Part shown: in pieces, positions 8,415 to 15,743 of the stretch | Numbering within the stretch: the stretch's first letter is position 1 | Layout: each line of letters begins with the position of its first letter | NCBI GenBank assembly: GCA_963848135.1 | Contig: CAWKCK010000002.1 | Location: 489,684-509,683, forward strand | Direction of reading: 5' to 3' | Source of the DNA: an uncultured delta proteobacterium | GTDB lineage: Bacteria; Desulfobacterota; Desulfobacteria; Desulfobacterales; SG8-13 | Length of the DNA: 20,000 nt | Position numbers and translations under genes: made by a program | Notes under the pieces: model-generated | What the model was told of the DNA's origin: nothing | Seen by the model: the letters and a program-made list of their open reading frames with translations, nothing else | Databases searched by the model: none

Positions 8415-9137
8415 GTGGTTATGATTCATTCAGGACAACGTTTTCAGAATATCTGTTTTACCAGTAAAGGTTATCGGCTCAAAGGCGTTCTGCACCTGCC
8501 GGAGGTAGAATCCCCGCCAGTGGTCATCGGGGTGCACGGTCTGTTGAGCAACAAAGAATCTGCAAAACAGCGCGAACTCGCCCGGTTATGCATTGCGGCA
8601 GAAATAGCCTATTTGAGGTTCGATCACAGGGGCTGCGGCGGCAGCCAGGGCTTTTTCCCGGAGGTCACCACGCTGGAGGCCCGTGTGGATGACCTTATCG
8701 CCGCCGTTTCGTATATCCGGGCCCAACTGAATAAGGGCCGTATCGGCATTTTTGGCAGCAGTATGGGGGGAACCGTTTGCCTATCCGCAGCCAAACACAT
8801 TTGCCCCGATGCAATGGTGATATATGCCGCGCCACTGCAGAATCGTTCCATTCGAGGAGTGGAAAACGAAAGCGGTGAAAATGCCGTTCCCAGTTTACAC
8901 CGCCACCCATTTAATATTTCCAACCACATAGCGGGCCTGCGCAACCTTCTGATATTTCATGGGGACGCCGATAAGGTGGTCCCTTTCTCAGACGGACTCA
9001 GAATATACGATCAAGCCACCGCGCCGAAACGGTTTGTACGACAGCCAGGGGGCGATCACCCCATGAGCCATGAAAAGCACCAAAAAGCGTTCACCCGAAT
9101 AACCGTTCGGTGGTTTGAATCTTACCTGAATAGATAA
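8415..9137 (+). CDS. Alpha/beta fold serine hydrolase
   Basis: HG oxyanion motif, RFDHRGCGGSQG, nucleophile elbow GSSMGG, HGDADKVVP (Asp), GGDH (His). The start may be ATG 8421. Confidence 0.9.
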   Translation: MVMIHSGQRFQNICFTSKGYRLKGVLHLPEVESPPVVIGVHGLLSNKESAKQRELARLCIAAEIAYLRFDHRGCGGSQGFFPEVTTLEARVDDLIAAVSYIRAQLNKGRIGIFGSSMGGTVCLSAAKHICPDAMVIYAAPLQNRSIRGVENESGENAVPSLHRHPFNISNHIAGLRNLLIFHGDADKVVPFSDGLRIYDQATAPKRFVRQPGGDHPMSHEKHQKAFTRITVRWFESYLNR

Positions 9138-9240
9138 TCCATCAATACGTTTACGGTAAAACACTTAGTGTCTGCTATCGTCAAATAATTGCATTATTAT
9201 TAACTGTATCGAAAACCGGCCGTTAACGTGAGGAGATTAG

Positions 9241-10194
9241 ATGACAGACAATCATAGCAAAAAGTTTTTCCGGCGGGCGTTTGTCAAAACGGTCCTTCGG
9301 CGAACATTCGCCCTGCTCGCTCTCGCCGGCTTGATCTATGGACTGACGGCACTGATCTATGCCACCCGCACGATATTCAAGGTCAAGATGAATTATGCGG
9401 TCGTGCTGGAACGATTCGGTGGCAAACGCGAAGCCGTCACCGCGGTGGGATGGCATGTACGATTGCCCTATTTTACTCGTATCGAGCAGGAAGTCTCGTT
9501 GATGAATCAGCGCCTTTTTCTGGGAGGCACGATCGAACCGATTCGGATTATCTCCAAGGAGAATGTCGCTTTGTGGACATCAGCCCTGTTGACCTACCGT
9601 ATACGCGACCTCAATACCTGGGCCATCGAAAACCTCGACCCTCTGAATCTACTCCAGGGAGATTATGACGGCATCGTCAAAGACATCCTTCAGGCACAGC
9701 AGGTCAACTTGCTGATCAGTGACCGGGAATCGATCAAGGAGGATATTTTCAGCGCGCTGAAATCCCGTCCGATCAACGAAGGCGGTCCCACTTTGGAGGA
9801 AAAATACGGCATCGACGTCGTCAGCTTCGTTTTAAAAGATACCCGCTTTGGTGACAAACTGGTGGAAGCCACCGAAGAAAAGAAACGCCGGGAGTTGATC
9901 GCGGAGGCCGAAAATTATGCCGCTGACCAGGAAGCCAGCCGAATTCGCAAACTATACGCGGCCTACCTCGAGAGTATTGAATCGCTGCAGAAGGCCATCG
10001 GACGCTCGGATGGTGTCACCGATGTCGCCATATTTGAATTCTTGAATCAACAAAAATGGGCGGCGGCTTACGAAAAAAACCAGGGCGATCAACAGACCAT
10101 CGTTATCCAGAACACCCAGGGTTCACCGGCACTGACCATTCCGCCGATGGCCTCCGATTCGAAAGATCGCCAGGAGAAAGAGAATGCCCCGTAG
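9241..10194 (+). CDS. SPFH (band 7/stomatin/HflC-like) membrane protein
   Basis: GAGGAG RBS (9230-9235); one N-terminal TM segment, then the SPFH signature YAVVLERFGG...GWHVRLPYF, SKENV, YGIDV..F.LKD, followed by a charged coiled coil (EEKKRRELIAEAE). Confidence 0.9.
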   Translation: MTDNHSKKFFRRAFVKTVLRRTFALLALAGLIYGLTALIYATRTIFKVKMNYAVVLERFGGKREAVTAVGWHVRLPYFTRIEQEVSLMNQRLFLGGTIEPIRIISKENVALWTSALLTYRIRDLNTWAIENLDPLNLLQGDYDGIVKDILQAQQVNLLISDRESIKEDIFSALKSRPINEGGPTLEEKYGIDVVSFVLKDTRFGDKLVEATEEKKRRELIAEAENYAADQEASRIRKLYAAYLESIESLQKAIGRSDGVTDVAIFEFLNQQKWAAAYEKNQGDQQTIVIQNTQGSPALTIPPMASDSKDRQEKENAP

Positions 10195-13100
10195 GCTGAC
10201 CAAAGAAATCAAGTATATCCGCTTGCCGGAAGAACGTATTCATGAGATCCATGACCTCGTTTCCTCATGGCCATATGAAATTATGGTTTTTATGCGGGCC
10301 CGCCTCAACCAGTACCGACCACCATCGGATGTCGTCAACACCGTGCTGGAATTGATCTTATCCCTGTTCATGTCAGCGCCTAAGAAAAAATTCGATGTCC
10401 TCAAGAATCCGGATATCCTGACTGATTGGCAGAAACGATTCGAAATTTCGGGGCAGACTAATCCCCAGGAGGCATGGAACAAGATTCTGGAAAAGGAGAT
10501 ATCCGCCAAGGATTACATCTATCTGCTGTCACTGTTGGATCTCGAATTGACTAACGTGCATATCCCCGATGATCTGCGCACTCTTTTTGAAAAAATATAC
10601 CGGGCGCATATCCGCAAGGAATACATCTCCGATCCCTCGGTCCCCAAAGTGCCCTTGCTGTTAGTCATTGGTCCGAGTGGTAGCGGAAAAACCTCCACCG
10701 TCATCGAGGCCATCGAAAAGGTGATATTTGCCAATGAAATCCGGCCTGAAGTCGACTTGAAACAAAAAAAAGAAGAACTATTGGCCGGTGAACCCTTTTG
10801 GAAAACAATTGAGGAAATCGACCCCACCCTGTCGATGGAAATCGCCCGCCGAAAAAAAATAAAACTCTACAAACGGCTGACAAAAATCCCTTTGATTCGC
10901 AGCGTCTTCAAAAAAAGAATCGGCCGCGGCCTCTCCGACCTTCAGGAACAAGGCCTGATGGTCGACTGGTCAATGGTCACCCCAAACGATTACCAGACTG
11001 CCTTGGCGGGCGAACCCGGGAATTATTTCAAGAAAGCCCTTGGCGACCCGCGCAAGACCGCCATCCGGCACATCGAGGAAGCGCACAGTGCTTTCGGTAA
11101 ATCAAACGGACGTCAATCGGGAGTTGAACGTCAGCAGAGGTCATTGATCGATACCTCCAACATTATACTGGACGAAATCATCAACGGACGTCGCGATTGC
11201 CTGTTGATTGCCACCACTGATCAACCGGAACATTTCGACGCGGCTATTTACCGCCGTTTTGTAGAAAAAGGCAAGATCATCAAGGTGGCTGACTTTTGGA
11301 AAGCGCCCAAAAATCTGCGTGCAGTCGTACGCTTAGAACTACTGCGCCATGATATCCGGGTTGCCACCGCCCCTGACAACCGATGCCACCGGACAACCAT
11401 TTGCCTGGACCCTGTGGCTTTGGATCAGGCGGTGGAAAAACTCTATGTCGTTTTCGATGAGCGCTCATTAAAAATTATCCCCTCCTATGTCCGCAAACTT
11501 GTCGATTCAATCATTGAAATCAAAGGGGGGTTTGTGCCGGAGTACTTAGACGATGCGTTACTTGTCCGCCATGCATTCGAGCTGGTGGCCATGAATTCCT
11601 ATGGTGACCTCTTCGGCAAAGTTGTCGACCGCATGGACCGTAAAGTCAAATGGGAAGAATACCTCGGCGAGATTAAAAACGTCTTTTCAGAAATGGCCAA
11701 CAACTGTCTCCACTATGGCGTCAGCGAGGAAAAAGGCGTGGTGCTGAACGGCCCTCCCGGCAGCGGCAAAACGTTTCTGGCCCGTACCTGGCTGAGCGAG
11801 AATCAAGACATCCATGATATCTCGGCCAGCCCGAGTATGCTCCAGGATCCGGTCAATCCCATTGACGGGGCCATAGAAAACCTCGAGAAGCTCTACGATA
11901 TCGCCAAGATGATTGCCCCAACAGTGGTCTTCTTCGACGAGGGGGATTCTCTGGCACCCAAACGCAGCCCTTCAGGAGGTTCGCCTTCCGACAAGCTGAC
12001 CAACAAATTCCTGAACATCATCGATGGGGAAATACCGTTCAACCGGGTCTTCACTGTACTGACCACCAACCGGATCGACATACTCGACCCGGCCCTTATT
12101 CGCTCGAAGCGCCTGAAAGTCATGGAGGTGTCGGGCAACCTCCGCAAAAAGGACATCATCGGTATCATCCAACGTTCCCTCGATGGGGTCCCTTTGTCTG
12201 AGGGTCTCGACGCCAATACCATCCTTGATGTGGCGCAGCCCCTGTGCAACACACCGGCAGATTTCACGGCTTTTATAGAAAAGGCCTGCTCCCTGCGCAG
12301 CACCGAATATGAAGTCCTGGTGCGATTGCGTAATCTCGCAACCGGGGAACGTGAAATCATGACCAACTTTATCAAATTCAACTTTAAAACCCTGATCGGC
12401 ATCTTGGATGCCGTCAAGGCACCCCAAGACATACGGACCGTTGTAAAGGAGGATCCGGACGGTTTTCTCGACCACTACGAGAAAATAATCGAATTGCTGG
12501 ATACGATCAGGGATGTCAAAGAATATCCTCTGATGCCGTCGCACCTGCAGTCGGCCCGGCAGGAAATCTCACAGAGCCCTACGAAAAAGGGCAAGGTCCA
12601 GCTTGACGAATTTCTGGAAGCCGAATTAAGCCAGGAACCGCAGGTCGGTTTTATTATCGGTGTCGGCGCCAACGATGTTTCGGGTGTTCTGCTGCCGATT
12701 GCCACCAGCCTGACTTACAACCTGGGCCCAGAAAAGGTTATCGTTACTGGTGCGGTATCGACCGCAGCACCGGGAGCGGCCGAATTGGACATGGCGGTTA
12801 AGATGACCCAACAATCGGCGCAAGAAGCCCTCACAATGGTCAAAAACTATTTACAGGATCTGCAACCGAAGGTCAGCACCTCACGCCTGTTGGGTGACTT
12901 TCTGGATCACTACACGATTCATCACCAGCTCCTGAGTGCCTCATACAATGTCGGCGGTCCGTCCGCCGGCTACGCACTGGCGTTGAACACGCTCTCCACG
13001 CTTCTCTTGATGCCGGTTTACAACGATTTCGGTATTACCGGCGCACCGTGGACCAAAGGCGTCAAACGCGGCGAAGTCGGGGGTTCGGTCATCATCGGCG

Positions 13101-13603
13101 GCCACAAGAAGAAGACCCAAAAAGTTCTCCTGCACCTGCGGCGCATGTACATGCCGTTGCAGAATTATAAAGATCTGGAGTATGAATTCCTGGATAACTA
13201 CTGGGAACACGGCAAGGACATACTGGGCGTGACCCATTTCGGCGAATTGGTTCCGGAAGTGATCTATCTCGGCCCGGATTACGAACAAATTCTCCAGGAG
13301 CTGATCGCCCTTCGGATCGACTACAAGCGCCGCAAATTCAAGGGCCAACGCCCGCCGGATTCACAAAAAGAAAAAATACTGCATAGCAAGGACGTCTTGA
13401 AGATCCAAATGGAAAAGGAAATCGTCGCCCGTCTGGAAGCCTTACGACATTACCTTCGCTCGCCAACCCGTGATCCGCACCTCTCACTGGAAGAAATATT
13501 TCGAAAAAAACGGTCGCGCTTCGGAGGCTTCAGACCGCTGATGACTTTCCTGAAAAAACGGGGTGAGAAATTTTTCCGTACGGATGGGGATCGACTCCCC
13601 TGA
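10184..13603 (+). CDS. Tandem classic-AAA ATPase fused to a C-terminal Lon (S16) protease domain
   Basis: Two Walker A motifs (GPSGSGKT aa163, GPPGSGKT aa523), Walker B motifs HIEE and VFFDE, two SRH-like motifs, and a Lon-type region from about aa818 with GPSAG (S927) and GGHKKK (K977). AGGAG RBS; overlaps the SPFH stop by 11 nt. Confidence 0.88.
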   Translation: MPRRLTKEIKYIRLPEERIHEIHDLVSSWPYEIMVFMRARLNQYRPPSDVVNTVLELILSLFMSAPKKKFDVLKNPDILTDWQKRFEISGQTNPQEAWNKILEKEISAKDYIYLLSLLDLELTNVHIPDDLRTLFEKIYRAHIRKEYISDPSVPKVPLLLVIGPSGSGKTSTVIEAIEKVIFANEIRPEVDLKQKKEELLAGEPFWKTIEEIDPTLSMEIARRKKIKLYKRLTKIPLIRSVFKKRIGRGLSDLQEQGLMVDWSMVTPNDYQTALAGEPGNYFKKALGDPRKTAIRHIEEAHSAFGKSNGRQSGVERQQRSLIDTSNIILDEIINGRRDCLLIATTDQPEHFDAAIYRRFVEKGKIIKVADFWKAPKNLRAVVRLELLRHDIRVATAPDNRCHRTTICLDPVALDQAVEKLYVVFDERSLKIIPSYVRKLVDSIIEIKGGFVPEYLDDALLVRHAFELVAMNSYGDLFGKVVDRMDRKVKWEEYLGEIKNVFSEMANNCLHYGVSEEKGVVLNGPPGSGKTFLARTWLSENQDIHDISASPSMLQDPVNPIDGAIENLEKLYDIAKMIAPTVVFFDEGDSLAPKRSPSGGSPSDKLTNKFLNIIDGEIPFNRVFTVLTTNRIDILDPALIRSKRLKVMEVSGNLRKKDIIGIIQRSLDGVPLSEGLDANTILDVAQPLCNTPADFTAFIEKACSLRSTEYEVLVRLRNLATGEREIMTNFIKFNFKTLIGILDAVKAPQDIRTVVKEDPDGFLDHYEKIIELLDTIRDVKEYPLMPSHLQSARQEISQSPTKKGKVQLDEFLEAELSQEPQVGFIIGVGANDVSGVLLPIATSLTYNLGPEKVIVTGAVSTAAPGAAELDMAVKMTQQSAQEALTMVKNYLQDLQPKVSTSRLLGDFLDHYTIHHQLLSASYNVGGPSAGYALALNTLSTLLLMPVYNDFGITGAPWTKGVKRGEVGGSVIIGGHKKKTQKVLLHLRRMYMPLQNYKDLEYEFLDNYWEHGKDILGVTHFGELVPEVIYLGPDYEQILQELIALRIDYKRRKFKGQRPPDSQKEKILHSKDVLKIQMEKEIVARLEALRHYLRSPTRDPHLSLEEIFRKKRSRFGGFRPLMTFLKKRGEKFFRTDGDRLP

Positions 13604-13631
13604 TGCCTACCCTGCCCTTCCGCTTTGGCAT

Positions 13632-14882
13632 TCAAGTGGGTTCAGTCCGCTTCAAAAGACGGCGCCGTAAATTGTTCAGGGCCGTGTAGGCAAACATTTT
13701 TTTGTTCAACTCACGGTCGTCGAAGCGAAAATTATACCGTCGCGCCTGACTGCCGGTAGGTCCCGATAGACCGATGCACACGGTCCCAACCGGTTTGCCC
13801 GTGGTACCGCCGGTCGGTCCGGCAATTCCGGTGGTCGACAGCCCGTAATCGGCGTCGGCTCTCAGGCGTACCCCTTCGGCCATCTCGATCGCCGTGTCTT
13901 CATGCACCGCTCCACAGCGATCGATCGTACGGGAATCCACCCCAAGGATATCAATTTTAGACTGATTGGAATATGTCACCGCACAAAATTTGAAATAATC
14001 CGAGCTGCCAGAGACATCCGTCAGCATATTGGCAATCAGTCCACCGGTGCAGCTTTCAGCCACTGCGATCGTCGATTCCAGTTGTCGCAGCAGATTCCCG
14101 ACCACCTCAGCCATCGATTCGCCGTCAATTGAAAGAATCCGATGCGCCAGTCGTTCTTTTATCCATGCGTCGGCATCTTCGGCATTCTTATCCGCATCGC
14201 CGTCGTATCCACTACGGATGCTGACCCTTACGCTTATTTCCGGAAAAACGGCGCAAAGCCCCAGACGCAGCTGTGGAAAAACCGTTTCGAAGCCGGAAAG
14301 CTGTTCAGCGACGGCCGCCTCGGTCATTCCAAATACGGTCAAATGTTTTTTAAGAGCGGATCGGCCTGAAGCTGAACGGATCATCGGCAACACATCATCT
14401 GAAAACATATGCCGCATTTCGATCGGAACACCAGGAAGGCAATATACGGTGCAGCCGTCGAGTTTGATATGAAATCCCGGAGCCGTGCCGATTGGATTGG
14501 AAATACATACTGATCCGATCGGCAACTGGGCCTGTTTGCGGTTGGCCGGACTATAGAGTCGCTGCCGTTTATTGAAGAAGGCGTTTACGGATTCAAGGGC
14601 TTCGCTGCTCAACGCCAATTCCACGCCAACGGCAAGGGCAACAGCCTCTGCGGTAACATCATCCTCGGTCGGACCAAGACCGCCGGTCACTATGGCCACA
14701 TCCGAGCGTTTAGAAATTTCTTTGAGTACGGCTGCCAACTCGTCAATATCATCACCCACGCAACAGTGACGCCGGACTTCGATTCCCGCCTCTTCGAGAC
14801 GCAGCGCGATAAAGGCGGAGTTTGTATCGATCACTGAACCGCTGCGAATCTCCTCACCGGTCGCAAGGATTTCTGCTCTCAC
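13632..14882 (-). CDS. cinA: CinA-like protein (MoCF-like pyrophosphatase domain plus NMN deamidase PncC domain)
   Basis: TGEE...DTNS, TGGLGPTEDDVT, NPIGTAPG, LPGVP; AVAESCTGG, GSSDYF, YSNQSK, TGIAGP.GG..GKPVGTV. Confidence 0.95.
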   Translation of the reverse strand: MRAEILATGEEIRSGSVIDTNSAFIALRLEEAGIEVRRHCCVGDDIDELAAVLKEISKRSDVAIVTGGLGPTEDDVTAEAVALAVGVELALSSEALESVNAFFNKRQRLYSPANRKQAQLPIGSVCISNPIGTAPGFHIKLDGCTVYCLPGVPIEMRHMFSDDVLPMIRSASGRSALKKHLTVFGMTEAAVAEQLSGFETVFPQLRLGLCAVFPEISVRVSIRSGYDGDADKNAEDADAWIKERLAHRILSIDGESMAEVVGNLLRQLESTIAVAESCTGGLIANMLTDVSGSSDYFKFCAVTYSNQSKIDILGVDSRTIDRCGAVHEDTAIEMAEGVRLRADADYGLSTTGIAGPTGGTTGKPVGTVCIGLSGPTGSQARRYNFRFDDRELNKKMFAYTALNNLRRRLLKRTEPT

Positions 14883-14942
14883 TGGAAAAACCTCCTCATT
14901 GCGGAATTTATTCTTGAAAAGCGGTCTTCTGGGTTGAATTTT

Positions 14943-15743
14943 TCACGGATTCGGGGAATCCGGCGGGTGGAGAATAAACATGGCGGGTGTTACGGGCACG
15001 TTGGCCACGAACCGTTCGATATCGAGTTGCAGAACGGTTCCGGAATCGGTACTGAAACGCAGGCGCGCCGGGACCAGGTATCCCTGAATCGTCTGCATGT
15101 CAATGATGTCAACCTGGTAACGACGCGTACCGTCAGTACCGAAGATGTCGAATCGCAAAACAGTCTGCCGGTCTTTGCTCAAGTAAATTTTTTGCCTAAC
15201 AGACCACCACTTCTCCAGCACGAGAATATCGCCTTCACCGGACGCCCCTTTCTGCAGGAAGACCCGGCTGTGATCACGAATCGGCGTACGACCGGCCAGA
15301 ACCGCGGCGATGTCGCCGACAGTCGCCGGAATCCGAATAAGTCTGTCGAGGCGAGGCTCAGAGGTTTTAATCTTCCTGTAGGAACCGCCAGGATCCTGGA
15401 GATCGACGGCATAAAAATGACGTCCATCGGCCGCAATTTTTACAACTGGCCGACCTGAGACAAGAACAGCGATAGCGAGTTTATCCGGCAACGATGCGAT
15501 CCAGGCCGCCCTCTCCGATAGAGTTGGCGTATCAGAATCCCACAGCCGTATATGGCCGATGCCTTTGAAGGATGACAAGTTCGAATTGGTATGCGTAATC
15601 TCCTGCAATACTGACTCAGCGTCGCGCTGCGCTAAAACACTGTCGGCCGGTGGCATCGGTTTCAAGGTGGAACAGGCCGACATCAGGGGCAACAAAGCGG
15701 CAAGGGCAGCAGCAATGATACCGCGGTGAGACACGGAGATCAT
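14943..15743 (-). CDS. Lipoprotein, LolB-like/DUF4292-type
   Basis: Signal peptide with lipobox LMSAC; beta-rich body ending GYLVPARLRF...LQLDI; 4-nt overlap with the TPR gene. Confidence 0.6.
   Translation of the reverse strand: MISVSHRGIIAAALAALLPLMSACSTLKPMPPADSVLAQRDAESVLQEITHTNSNLSSFKGIGHIRLWDSDTPTLSERAAWIASLPDKLAIAVLVSGRPVVKIAADGRHFYAVDLQDPGGSYRKIKTSEPRLDRLIRIPATVGDIAAVLAGRTPIRDHSRVFLQKGASGEGDILVLEKWWSVRQKIYLSKDRQTVLRFDIFGTDGTRRYQVDIIDMQTIQGYLVPARLRFSTDSGTVLQLDIERFVANVPVTPAMFILHPPDSPNP

Noticed and set aside
10780..11017. LAGEP occurring twice in D1
   Set aside because: Flanks and codons differ; too short to claim a duplication.
13601..13770. Sec readthrough of the protease UGA would give U-C-L-P-C, and a loose ATGCC/GGCAT stem follows
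   Set aside because: The extension would run antisense into cinA and the stem does not resemble a bacterial SECIS; most likely chance.
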